NCBI RefSeq assembly: GCF_006345805.1
Contig: NC_043025.1
Coordinates: forward strand, 5,766,001 to 5,830,000
Length of the DNA stretch: 64,000 nucleotides
Direction: 5' to 3'
Source: Octopus sinensis
Lineage: Eukaryota
Shown: piece after piece, positions 25,701-38,029 of the stretch
Layout: every line of letters starts with the position of its first letter
How positions within the stretch are numbered: the first letter of the stretch is position 1
Translations under genes and position numbers: made by a program
Notes under the pieces: generated by a model
The model's input: the letters and a program-made list of their open reading frames with translations, nothing else
The model's database searches: none
What the model was told of the DNA's origin: nothing

Positions 25701-25907
25701 GTATCTTCGTGGTTGAAACCTTTTGGATTAACTGGTGCTAGAGTGAGCAATATATTGACCACTCTCTTATATTGTTTTGTAAAAGTATTGTAATATGTTA
25801 TAAAATATTATAATAATCCAGGTTTCTCGTAGCACTAGGCCACTTGGTGTTGAATAAATATACTATTAAATTAGTATCTAATTCTCTCACCCTTATTAAT
25901 TAATTAT
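22713..25907. repeat. ~533-bp tandem array (~6 units) with an internal polarity switch at about 23615
   Basis: Marker gagagtggtc at 22726 and 23257; its reverse complement at 23620, 24155, 24690, 25224 and 25757. (TA)n on both flanks. Confidence 0.95.
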
Positions 25908-26109
25908 ATATATATATATACACACACATAACTAATGTAGGATAAAAATTTTTTCGGGAAAAAAATTTTATCAATGGCCAGCATATCAAAAAATACCTTT
26001 AAAGGTTAAATTTATAAATAATTTACAAAATAAGGGCAAAAGAAAAATTCTAATGCCAAATATGCTGAAAAAAAAGGCAAAAATTGTCAATTAACCATTA
26101 TAATTTAAC

Positions 26110-26315
26110 GTAAGGGGGTATTCGCCATCTGAATGTGGCTAGCCACTGGGGGTGGGGGGTGTTACTGATGCTTTTAGCCCCTTGCAAACAACACAAGGAC
26201 ACTGAGATAGTGTCTAAAGTCCTTCTGGTGATGTTGATCGCCTGGGGCTAAAAGCATCAGTAACACCCCCCACCCCCAGTGGCTAGCCACATTCAGATGG
26301 CGAATACCCCCTTAC
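26110..26315. repeat. Perfect 72-bp inverted repeat with a 62-bp spacer (MITE-like hairpin)
   Basis: 26110-26181 is the exact reverse complement of 26244-26315. Confidence 0.95.
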
Positions 26316-26546
26316 ATTGTCGAGCGGTTACTGTTTATATCTCATTCAGAGATTTATTATTGTTTTCATTATAATTTATGCGTCTCGAAACAAACCGATA
26401 GAAATTTCTAAAAAATCCATTATTACCGTATTGGTCCCAATTTCGGGGTTAATTCATAAGAATTTTCCCTTCTTCAGTGATAAATACGTGAGATACACAT
26501 ATATAGAAACCCTTTTACATATTCACATATAAACATACACACGGAT

Positions 26547-26580
<34 letters not shown>

Positions 26581-27256
26581 CACTTATAACACAGACCCCC
26601 TTTCTCCTAATATCCCCACCCCAGTGTTGAAACCTTCACACCCCACCTTCACAACCATCATTACCACCATCATCATAAGTCCACTGTTACCGCCACCTCA
26701 ACCACCAATTTGACAGCACGACAAAACCCCACCACCACCACACTATAGTCAACACAACAACAACCATCATTACCCCCCCCCCATCACTGCTCTACCACAA
26801 CCACTACCTGCACCACAACACAAACACACCACCACCACTGCCACCACAACAATCACCACCACCACCCCACCACCAGTACTACTTATGAGACAACCACCAC
26901 CACCATCACCACCACACTGACACCACAACAATTACCAACGCCACCACCACCACCACCGCAACAATCACCACCACCACCACAACGACAATCACCACAACAA
27001 CACTCACCACTACCACTGCTAGTACTACTTACAAGACAACCACCACCACTCCACTACCACCACAACAATCACCAACATCACCACCACCACCACTGCTGCA
27101 AACACAACAATCACCCCAACCACCACCACCACCACCACCACCACCACCGCCAACACCACCCTCACCACCGGCATCACAACAATCACCAACATTACCACAC
27201 ACACACACACACACACACACATGCAGAGAAAGGCCATGAAACAGAAGAATATTTAC

Positions 27257-27373
27257 CTGCTTGAACAATCTCACAGTTTTCAAGTCCGGGTATAGTACGT
27301 GCTAATTCTAGTTGAAATATTTCTGGCATCGTACAGGAGATGCCGCTTGGGTAAATAATGGCTGAGTCTAAAC
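27257..27373 (-). CDS. MTO1: MTO1 exon: (G)LDSAIIYPSGISCTMPEIFQLELARTIPGLENCEIVQA(G)
   Basis: 117 nt with ccag|G acceptor and G|gtaaat donor, in phase with both neighbours. Matches the GidA YPxGIS...IPGLE motif. Confidence 0.93.
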
Positions 27374-27422
27374 CTGGGGAAACAGACAGGATGAGAGAAG
27401 GGAGAGAGAGAGAGAGAGAGTC

Positions 27423-27457
<35 letters not shown>

Positions 27458-27639
27458 GAAACAAAAGGAAAAAACCCCCCAAAAAAAACCATGTAAAATC
27501 ATTTTGCGATAAATGAAATGGAAGGGAAGAAAAAGAAAATTAATAAACAATAAATGGGGTAGATTGGAAAAAAACGCTTAAGAAAATGGAATATGAAAGG
27601 GTTTTAGGGTTAAAACAACGTTGGAAATATTTATATGTT

Positions 27640-28770
27640 AATTACACTCAGGTGTAGCTGTGTGGTTAAGAAGCTGGCTGTGTAATGAGATTGTTTTGGG
27701 TTCAGTTCTACAGTGTGGTACCTTGGATTAGAAGCCTTGTGAATGAATTTGCTGGACAGAAACCGAAAGAAGCCTGGCATAAATAGATATATCAATAGGC
27801 ACAGGAGTGGCTGTGTGGTAAGTAGCTTGCTTACCAACCACATGGTTCCGGGTTCAGTCCCACTGCGTGACACCTTGGGCAAGTGTCTTCTACTATAGCC
27901 TCGGGCCGACCAAAGCCTTGTGAGTGGATTTGGTAGACGGAAACTGAAGAAGCCCGTCTATATATGTATATATATAGGCGCAGGAGTGGCGGCTGTGGTG
28001 GTAAGTAGCTTGCTTACCAACCTCATGGTTCCGGTTCAGTCCCACAGCGTGGCACCTTGGGCAAGTGTCTTCTACTATGCCTCGGGCCGACCAAAGCATT
28101 GTGATGGATTTGGTAGACAAACTGAAAGAAGCCCGTCGTATATATGTATATATATATATAATATATAGGCGCAGGAGTGGTGTGTGGTAAGTAGCTTGCT
28201 TACCAACCTAATGGTTCCGGGTTCGTCCCACTGCGTGGCACCTTGGGCAAGTGTTCTTCTACTATAGCTTCGGCCGACCAAAGCTTGTGACTGGATTTGG
28301 TAGACGGAAACTGAAAGAAGCCCGTCGTATATATGTAATATATATATATATATAGGCGCAGGAGTGGCTGTGTGGTAAGTAGCTTGCTTACCAACCTCAT
28401 GGTTCCGGGTTCAGTCCCACAGCGTGACACCTTGGCAAGTGTCTTCTACATAGCCTCGGGCCGACCAAAGCGTTTGTGAGTGGATTTGGTTAGACGAGAA
28501 CTGAAAGAAGCCCGTCATATATATGTATATATATATATATGTATGTGTGTGTGTTGTGTGTCTGTGTTTGTCCCCCTAGCATTGTTTGGACAACCGATGC
28601 TAGTGTGTTTATGTCCCCGTTACTTAGCGGTTCGGCAAAAGAGACCGAGAATAAGTACTGGGCTTACAAAAGAATAAGTCCCCGGGGTCGAGTTGCTCGA
28701 TTAAAGGCAGTTGCTCACAGCATGGCCGCAGTGAGTGAAAATGACTGAAACAAGAAAAAAAAAAGAAAAA
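27640..28770 (+). repeat. Tandem array of SINE A 5' halves (~185 bp, 4-5 copies) ending in one 3' half
   Basis: Repeated tatataggcgcaggagtgg heads with scattered 1-2 nt indels. A two-head version lies at 20113-20720. Confidence 0.85.
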
Positions 28771-29281
28771 ATATCTATATCTATCTATATCTATATATCT
28801 ATATATATAAAACTCAACTTGTGTGTCTGTGTGTTTAACTTCCCGGCACATCTCCTAGCCAACAAATCGTAGAATCACCAAAAATGGGTCACTTAAAGTT
28901 TAGGCGAATGAAAATTGAACTGCGCTATTTCTGTTCCGAAATTCATCTCGCAAAGTGCAAAAATCGATAATGTGTTTGTTTAGGCCTTATCCCATGCATT
29001 GAATAGTGAACTTTACTCAGTCAGCTGTTTGACGTGAACTGTGTTCACCATGCGTGCAGCATGCGTAAATTGCATGAAAAATAAAAAATCAGATATAAAA
29101 ACGAATCGCCGTAAAACTTGTAGAAATTCGGCAAAGAAATGAATTTTCGGGATGTAGCCTGGAGGGTTTTTTCGTATTAATCGTTTGGACTTTGTGAACA
29201 CATACCAATTGTTTTCATAACATTATTAACGCTTTGAATTAAATGTGACCATTTTGCGTTGAGTCTGCAGTTTGAATCACT

Positions 29282-29511
29282 TTAACCCTTTCATTACCAA
29301 ACCCGGCTGAAACCGCCTCTGGCTCTGTAGCACAAATGCCTTGTTTTCATAAGTTTTGAATTAAAATCTTCCACCAAACCTTAGTCACAATTTATGTTCC
29401 TAACACTAGCTGAATGATAACTAAGTTATTTTACTAAATTCTTTGTTATATTTAAAGTAATTGAAAGAAACACAGAGCATCTCAAAATATATACAGTAAC
29501 GAAGGGGTTAA
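29282..29511 (+). mobile_element. piggyBac-type MITE (~230 bp, TTAA target); further copies at 30702-30931, 30949-31178 and 58627-59007 (-)
   Basis: ttaaccctt...aagggttaa termini. The equivalent TTAA site is empty in the paralogous Helitron-like copy near 4227. Confidence 0.8.
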
Positions 29512-29828
29512 CCAAATTTTAGCAGGCCGGATTTTTGATCATCACAATACATCGCCAGTGACTCCTTGAAACTCTCCCCTGAAATCCCCGTTGAGAAATC
29601 TATATATATAAAACTCAACTTGTGTGTCTGTGTGTGTATCTGTGTGTGTGTCTGTATGTTCAACATTGGATCTACCAAGTTTCATCATTAAGGATAGAAA
29701 GTAGTGCGTAGCAAATCTATATATATAAAGCTGAAGTTGTCTGTGTGTGTGGCAGGTTTGGTAGCCTACAACTAACACTATCTCCTTGGTGTCTTGTGTT
29801 GAACGTTAAGCAATGTATTATAACTTAC

Positions 29829-29902
29829 CTTCAGGTTCAAGCCATACTGGGTGGCTTTTGGGGCCAAATCTCATGATTTTTGCTTCAAAGGATGGACAAT
29901 AC
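29829..29902 (-). CDS. MTO1: MTO1 exon: (R)[24 protein letters not shown](G)
   Basis: 74 nt with aag|G acceptor and G|gtaagt donor (phase 2 to 1). Matches the GidA/MTO1 RYCPSIExK and HxxWLEPEG motifs. Not in the ORF track. Confidence 0.93.
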
Positions 29903-31350
29903 CTTGAAAGACAACAACAACAGCAATAAGAACAATTCTCTTTTACTCTTTTTACTTGTTTCAGTCATTTGACTGTGGCCATGCTGGAGCACCGCCTTTA
30001 ATCAAGCAACTCGACCCCGGGACTTATTCTTTTGTAAGCCCAGTACTTATTCTATCGGTCTCTTTTGCTGAACCGCTATGTGACAGGGACATAAACACAC
30101 CAGCATCGGTTGTCAAGCAATGCTAGGGGGACAAACACAGACACACAAACATACATGCACACACGCATATATATATATATATCTACATATATACGACAGG
30201 CTGCTTTCAGTTTCCGTCTACCAAATCCACTCACAAGGCTTTGGTCGGCCCGGGGCTATAGTAGAAGACACTTGCCCAAGATGCCACGCAGTGGGACTGA
30301 ACCCGGAACCATGTGGTTGGTAAACAAGCTACTTACCACACAGCCACTCCTGCGCCTATAATATTGCTTATAATACTGGCACAAGTTCAGAAAATTAGGG
30401 GAAGGAGTTTGTCAATTAATAGGACCCTAGAGTTTGTAACCCTGATGATATGAAGGACTAAGAAGTACACTGGGTCAGGATTAAGTAATCTTCACAGAAA
30501 CACATGTAAGAATCCGTTCTTTTATTGGCCACAAGGGCTAATATAGACAAACATAAAATGACATGGAACAGCATAAAAGACAACACAAGACGATACAAAG
30601 GGTTTTACAGTGTGTAAATATTAAAAAAACAATAAAAATGAAACAAAGTAAAACTCCCAATAGAGGGAGGTGATTTAAAATATATAATAGAGAAACAATT
30701 CTTAACCCTTTTGATACCAACCCAGCTGAAACCACTTCTGGCTCTGTAGTACAAATGTCTTGTTTTCATAAGTTTTGAATTAAAATCTTCCACCAAACCT
30801 TAGTCACAATTTATGTTCCTAACACTAGCTGAATGATAACCAAGTTATTTTACTAAATTCTTTGTTATATTTAAAATTAATTGAAAGAAACACAGAACAT
30901 CTCAACAGAAATATGTTAACAAAAGGGTTAAAGTCACCATGATAATTTTTAACCCTTTTGATACCAACCTGGCTGTAACCACCTCTGGCTCTGTAGGACA
31001 AATGTCTTGTTTTCATAAGTTTTGAATTAAAATCTTCCACCAAACCTTAGTCACAATTTATGTTCCTAACACTAGCTTAATGATAACTAAGTTATTTTAC
31101 TAAATTCTTTGTTATATTTAAAATTAATTGAAAGAAACACAGAGCATCTCAAAATAAATACAGTAATGAAAGGGTTAAGGCTACTTGTGGAAAACCCACA
31201 AAAGCCATGGGTGCCTGACCAAAAAGGCAAGAGCCCTTCTTGTATTTTTCCCTGGCACATGCTCAAAATGGGTCCTTACACACTGGCCCTTTTTCCAACA
31301 TTCACCAACCTTTCAACAAATTTGCTAGAAGGCAACACTTCCCTCTCCAC

Positions 31351-31450
31351 NNNNNNNNNNNNNNNNNNNNNNNNNNNNNNNNNNNNNNNNNNNNNNNNNN
31401 NNNNNNNNNNNNNNNNNNNNNNNNNNNNNNNNNNNNNNNNNNNNNNNNNN
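31351..31450. other. Assembly gap (100 N placeholder)
   Basis: Run of exactly 100 n. Confidence 1.
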
Positions 31451-33345
31451 AGGGATAAACAAGGACAGACAAAAGGATTAAAATCGAACATCGATGGTAC
31501 TTTATTTTATCGACCCGAAAAGATGAAAGGCAAAGTCGACCTTGGCAGAATTTGAACTCAGAACGTAACGGCAGATGAAATACCACTAAGCATTTCGCCC
31601 ATCACATTGACGTTTCTGCCAGCTTGCTGTCTTGAGGTTTCTTGTCAACAGAATTTTTTATAGGTGGCAAGCTGGCAGAAATGTTAGCACACCGAGCGAA
31701 ATGCTTAGCAGTATTTCGTCTGCCACTATATTCTGAGTTCAAATTCCGCTGAGGCCAACTTTGCCTTTCATCCTTTCGGGGTCGATAAATTAAGTACCAG
31801 TTACACACTGTGGTCAATGTAATTGACTTAATCCCTTTGTCTGTCCTTGTTCGTCCCTTCTATGTTTAGCCCCTTCTGGGCATTAAAAAAATAAGAATTT
31901 GTTATCGGGAGCCAATGTTGTCTGACTGTGTAGGGCACTGCTCAAGGACTTATGACAGACGAACTGTAGACAGGAACATTGCTGTGAGCTAGCTAGAGAG
32001 CTGGGCTGCAGTGAAGGCGACTTCTTCTAAGCCGAAGTGATCCGATGGCTCTCACCCCCATGTATTTCACAAAATGTATCTAAATAAATCTTTCCCCAAC
32101 ACATTCTTCTCCATTGATTTTTTTTGTATATAGCTTAACTAAAGCTGTAACAACATGTTTTGGTATACAGTCATGAGTATTAACATTTGCTCCACTAACA
32201 GGAAACCTAAGGTACCTACTATTATGTATATACTGTAACTTAATATATATTTACTTAAACAGGCAAGGAATAAGTAAATATATATAAATAAATAACTATG
32301 AGATAAATAAATAACTTCTGAGATCAATGAAATAAATGCCTACAAAATACCATATTTGATGCTAGTGACTAAATTACAACCCTTGGCTAAATTTATGATT
32401 TGATACCTATTTTTGAAGTAACCATTATCATTATCATTATTATTATTATATTATTATTATTATTATTATAATTTTTTCCTTCTTTCTCTCAACAGTTAGA
32501 ATGCAATAGTTATTAGCTACAGACTGTTTCTTTGAACATGTAATGATAACGTGAAAAAACTCATCAGGCCATTGTAGAAATTATGGAATTATGGACAAAA
32601 AGAAGTAGAAATTTTAAGTTATCAGGATGGTGATAAAATGGCAAAATACAAACTAGGGGAAATAACCCAGATTCTCATTCAAGGAATTTTCGCTTTTTAT
32701 GTGATAGGACGAGACATGGGAAATGTGTAAAAAGAAAGATATATAGATAAATAAGATAGGGACATTAGCCAGATATGAAAGTGAGGCTGAAGAGTGTCTG
32801 AAGTGGGGAAAAGACGAGTTTGAAACTCAGTATTAATATCAAAAAGTTAGAGGTTAGGATACAAAACCAACATCCATGCATGTATTGTTGTGCAAGCACC
32901 AAGGGACAGATAACTGTTGTGTGTTATGCTATTAGAAGAATTCTTTGAATTAGAACCTGGGTTTATTTTCAAAATTTCTGTTTCCTGTTTTCTTCTAGGA
33001 AGAGACAAGACATTATTTTGAGCTCCTAAATGCATGAAGAGTGTTTAACGAAATCATTGTGTGAGGCATGAAACAGCTGGTAGCCAAACAACCATTGTGA
33101 ATTACATTGGATTACATAATGAAACCATAACAACCTAGAATTAAGAGAGGCTCACATTTGTTTTGTGTGTGTGTGTGTGTGTGCATACGTGTACAACAGT
33201 GTACATCTTAATATGTACAATAACAACAGTACATATGTGTGTTTGTATATATGTGTATATACATACATTCATATATATATATATATATATTCATTTACTC
33301 ATTTACTTGTTTCAGTCATTTGACTACAGCCATGGTGGAACGAGC

Positions 33346-33389
<44 letters not shown>

Positions 33390-33394
33390 TAATA

Positions 33395-33426
<32 letters not shown>

Positions 33427-33436
33427 CACACACCAC

Positions 33437-33469
<33 letters not shown>

Positions 33470-33567
33470 TTATATATATACATACATACACACACACCCA
33501 CATCATTTTATATTTCAGTGTCAATATCATCTAAATTATTATTATTATGTGTATATATAATATTATG

Positions 33568-33720
<153 letters not shown>

Positions 33721-34165
33721 CACACATACATATATATATATACATCTATGATGCTATAAGTGTATATGTTCTATATGTGTATAGTAGTAACATATGTATA
33801 CTATATAACTGTATTGTAATGACTATATATAACAGCTTGTGTTTGATTATCTATCTATCTATCTCTCTATCTATCTATCTATCTATCCATCTGTCTGTTT
33901 GTCTATCTATCTATCTATCTATCTATCTCTCTCTCTATATATATATACATGCAAACTATTGTAACTATATATGTTCAGCATAATAAATAAATTGTGAACC
34001 ATGCTATCTATATGTGTAACACAGAAAATGTATATAAATATATATATATATATATTATATATATATGCCACAATAACTATATATGTGTGTATGTTTGTGT
34101 ATATATGTTTCTGCATGTGTAGCATAGTAACTATATATCTACGTAGAGCAAAATCCATCACTTAC

Positions 34166-34336
34166 TGTCACGGTTGCACAGAGCTTCACAACTCTGCTTT
34201 GTTTTGTAGCGGTTGCTGTTTCCATAGCAACCCGTGTAGTTGAACTGTTTGCATTCTCCCTCCTGAGCGTCGTAGTACCACATGACAAACTGATCATCGC
34301 AGGCCCCTGCGTCGACACCCAAATGACACACCACCA
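34166..34336 (-). CDS. PAPLN: Papilin-like exon, Kunitz domain 3 (VVCHLGVDAGACDDQFVMWYYDAQEGECKQFNYTGCYGNSNRYKTKQSCEALCNRD)
   Basis: 171 nt, phase 1-1, ccacag| acceptor and |gtaagt donor. Hand-translated; the ORF track shows only a wrong frame. Confidence 0.92.
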
Positions 34337-34431
34337 CTGTGGAAATTGAAACAGAAAGAGAATTATTATCATTATCATCATTATATTATCGACGTTACTA
34401 CAACTGCTACTACTACTACAACTACTGGGTG

Positions 34432-34815
34432 GAAGCACTCCGTCGGTTACGACGACGAGGGTTCCGGTTGATCCGAATCAACGGAACAGCCTGCTCGTGA
34501 AATTAACATGTAAGTGGCTGAGCACTCCACAGACACGTGTACCCTTAACGTAGTTCTCGGGGATATTCAGCGTGACACAGAGAGTGACAAGGCCGGCCCT
34601 TTGAAATACAGGTACAACAGAAACAGGAAGTAAGAGTGAGAGAAAGTTGTGGTGAAAGAGTACAGCAGGGATCACCACCATCCCCTGCCGGAGCCTCGTG
34701 GAGCTTTTAGGTGTTTTCGCTCAATAAACACTCACAACACCCGGTCTGGGAATCGAAACCGCGATCCTATGACCACGAGTCCGCTGCCCTAACCACTAGG
34801 CCATTGCGCCTCCAC
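34432..34815 (-). mobile_element. tRNA-derived SINE family C; second copy at 50513-50897 (-), partial copy at 660-850
   Basis: Head gtggaggcgcaatggcctagtggttagggcagcggactc...ggtttcgattccc; two near-identical full copies. Confidence 0.85.
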
Positions 34816-35463
34816 TACAACTACTACTACCATGGGAAAAGGAAGTGCCGACCCTGCAAGAAAATTTGTTGTAAGGTGGATGAGAGAGGTGAACATGGTC
34901 TGAGCAAACAGACCTACTCTGAGTATACACCTATAGATTGAAGGTGGACAACTGGATGAGGGCACCTGTCTTATTATGTGACTGTGGTTTTTGTGAGATT
35001 TATAATTTTACACTAGTAGCCCTTGGAGGTTACCCTTCTCTACCTTGAAGAATTCTTCTTAGAAGTTTTTTGTTTTTCTTTGTTTTTATTCTTTAATACG
35101 TTTCAGCCATAAGGCTGTAGCCATGCTGGAGCACTATTTTTTTTTTATTAATGCTTTCTATGTGATCTCACACTAATTGGCTCTCAGCCATCTACAATAC
35201 TTTTGTGAAGCTTTGTGGCTAATGAAGAAATTATCATCATTATAATTAAAATGGTGGTGCCCCAGCATGGCCGTAGCCTTCGGGCTAAAACATTTTTAAG
35301 GATTTAAGGATTTAAAACAGTGAGCTGCCAGATTCATTAGCATGTTGGGTGAAGCACTCAACAGCATTTCATCCTTTGCATTCTGGGTTCAAATTTCACC
35401 AAGGTCAAGTTTATTTACATTATTTACATTCGATGGATATTTGTCCTCATCTTGTTTGTTGTT

Positions 35464-35509
35464 AACACAACATTTCGGCTGATATACTCTCCAGCCTTCT
35501 TCAGGTGTC
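35464..35509 (-). ncRNA. Minimal type I hammerhead motif (family B, inverted copy)
   Basis: Reverse complement reads GACAC-CUGAAGA-A-GGCUG/CAGCC-GAAA-UGUU-GUGUU. Confidence 0.72.
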
Positions 35510-35917
35510 TTGGGGAAATTTCGAACCTGGGTTCTCATTCCTAAGGTATTTTCCGATGTTATTATTATTAGCATCGAAAAATACCTTGGACATCATGAAT
35601 CTAAACAAGGATACAAACTACAGGTATACAGTATTATCCATTATGAAAATTACACTTGGTATACCTTGGCTGATGCAAACCTAGGGTTTCCTATTTCTTT
35701 ACTGCCCACAAGGGGCTAAACATAGAGGGGACAAACAAGGACAGACAAAAGGATTAAATCGATCACATCGACTGGTACTTAATTTATTGACCCCGAAAGG
35801 ATGAAAGGCAAAGTTGACCTTGGCAGAATTTGAACTCAGAACGTAACGGCAGATGAAATACCACGAAGCATTTCGCCTGTCACATTGACGTTTCTGCCAG
35901 GTTTGAAATTTCCCCAA

Positions 35918-35963
35918 GACACCTGATGAAGGCTGGAGGGTATATCAGCCGAAACGTTGTGTT
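35918..35963 (+). ncRNA. Minimal type I hammerhead motif, Penelope-like (family B)
   Basis: GACAC-CUGAUGA-A-GGCUG/CAGCC-GAAA-CGUU-GUGUU, with palindromic AACGUU. Confidence 0.78.
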
Positions 35964-36412
35964 AACAACAAACAAGATGAGGACAAATATCTGTCGAATG
36001 TAAATAATGCAAATAATGTCCATAATTCCTCATCTCTTAGATATAGAACTGGAAGTTCAAGTTTGTCTTTCATTCTCTCAGAGTTGATTAAGTACCAGTC
36101 AAGTACTGGGGTCAATGGAATCGATTTTACCCTCCCCTCGAAAACTGCTGGCTCTGTGCCAAAATTGGGAATTATTCTTTCTTTTCTCCTTATTATTATT
36201 ATTATTATTATTTTACTCTTTTACTTGTTTCAGTCATTTGACTGCGGCCATGCTGGAGCACCACCTTTAATCGAGCAACTCGACCATGAGACTTATTCTT
36301 TTGTAAGCCCAGTACTTATTCTATCGGTCTCTTTTGCTGAACCGCTAAGTGACGGGGACGTAAACATACCAGCATCGGTTGTTAAGCAATGCTAGGGGGA
36401 CAAACACAAACA

Positions 36413-36454
<42 letters not shown>

Positions 36455-36619
36455 TACGACAGGCTTCTTTCTGTTTCTATCTACCAAATCCACTCACAAG
36501 GCTTTGGTCGGCCCGAGGCTATAGTAGAAGACACTTGCCCAAGATGCCACGCAGTGGGACTGAACCCGGAACCATGTGGTTCGTAAGCAAGCTACTTACC
36601 ACACAGCCACTCCTGCGCC

Positions 36620-36664
<45 letters not shown>

Positions 36665-36689
36665 TATTATTACCATTTATGGTTTCTTT

Positions 36690-37125
36690 TCATTATAACT
36701 TTATTTCAGCTGCCTTAGTACCGAGCATCCTCCAGGGGCCAAGAGTAGCAAGGGCTCTTTTGTTTTTCTATGCATGGTTAAATTATCACCACATTTATTC
36801 CATTTTAGATGAAGAGTGTTTTCTGTAGTATATGGGCTGTACCCATCAAGGTTACCTTTTGTAGTTCACAGAAATTGGAGTCACCAGGCAATTACTTAAT
36901 ATACTTCTCAGCACCCTTCTTTATCATTCCCAACGCACCAATTACCACTGGTATTATTGTAGTACTAAGCTTCGGTATTTTTGTGATTTCAATTTGGAGA
37001 TCTTTATAGTGAGATAGCTTCTTGTATTCTTTTCTTGAGACATTTTGATCTTGCGGGACACACATATCTATTAACAGACAAGTTCCCCTGTTGTGGTCCT
37101 TGATCACAATGTCTGGTCAATTGGA
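36690..37125 (-). mobile_element. RLE LINE 3' fragment
   Basis: CLLIDMCVPQDQNVSRKEYKKLSHYKDLQIEI...PVVIGALGMIKKG. Confidence 0.82.
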
Positions 37126-37531
37126 GTCAATTTTTCTGTCTGTTTGTATTGCGTAGTTCCAAATTATTATTATCATCCTTATTATCATTATTATAATCTG
37201 CAGAGGTCGACTTTGCTTTCATCCTTTTGGAGTCAATTAAATAAGTACCAGTTACGCACTGGGGTCGATGTAATTGACTTAATCCACTCCCCCAAGCTGC
37301 CTTTGAGGCATATTATTATTACTATTATTATTATTACTATTATTATTATTACTATTATTATTATTACTATTATTATTATTACTATTATTATTGTTATCTG
37401 CTGAGGTTGACTTTGCCTTTCATCCTTTTGGGGTTGATGAATTAAGTACCAGTTATAATCTGGGGGGTTGATGTAATTGACTAGACCCCCACCAAATTTC
37501 AGGCCTTGTATCTACAGCAGAAAGGACTATT

Positions 37532-37566
<35 letters not shown>

Positions 37567-37574
37567 TATTATCA

Positions 37575-37982
37575 TTGCCTTTGCACAGCTTCTAACGCTG
37601 GAGATGTACTACGGTGTCAGCTGTTCACTACCAGTGAACTAAGGTAACACCTCTTATTTTTCGAGCACCTTCTGAAGTATTCGAGTGGTTCCAAGCAGTG
37701 TTTTTCTGCAAGTGCTCCACCCTTATTGCAGCCCCTATTTGTTCCATGTACTTCTCAAGATTTTTACTCACTGTTCCCAGGGCTCTGATAATTATTGGTA
37801 CTACTGCCACCTTTTTCATCGACCACAACTGCTTAACCTCCCAAGCTAACCTATCATATCTCTCAACTTTTCTTTCTTCCTTATCGCATACCTTGTTGTC
37901 AGCTGGGCATCCTATATCTATGATCCAGCATTGTTTGCTTTCCTTCTCAATTAAGACTATGTCTGGCTTCCTACTCTCTATC

Positions 37983-37985
<3 letters not shown>
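37575..37985 (-). mobile_element. RLE LINE 3' fragment
   Basis: PDIVLIEKESKQCWIIDIGCPADNKVCDKEERKVERYDRLAWEVKQLWSMKKVAVVPIII.ALG, flanked by TAA/TGA repeats. Confidence 0.85.

Positions 37986-38029
<44 letters not shown>

Noticed and set aside
31990-32070. Possible decayed hammerhead (gagagct/ggctctc, ggc/gcc, gaag)
   Set aside because: The core is disrupted at both conserved strands; not distinguishable from chance by eye.
32770-32850. CTGAAGA...GAAACTCAGTA possible hammerhead
   Set aside because: Stems I and II need several indels to pair; too degenerate to call.
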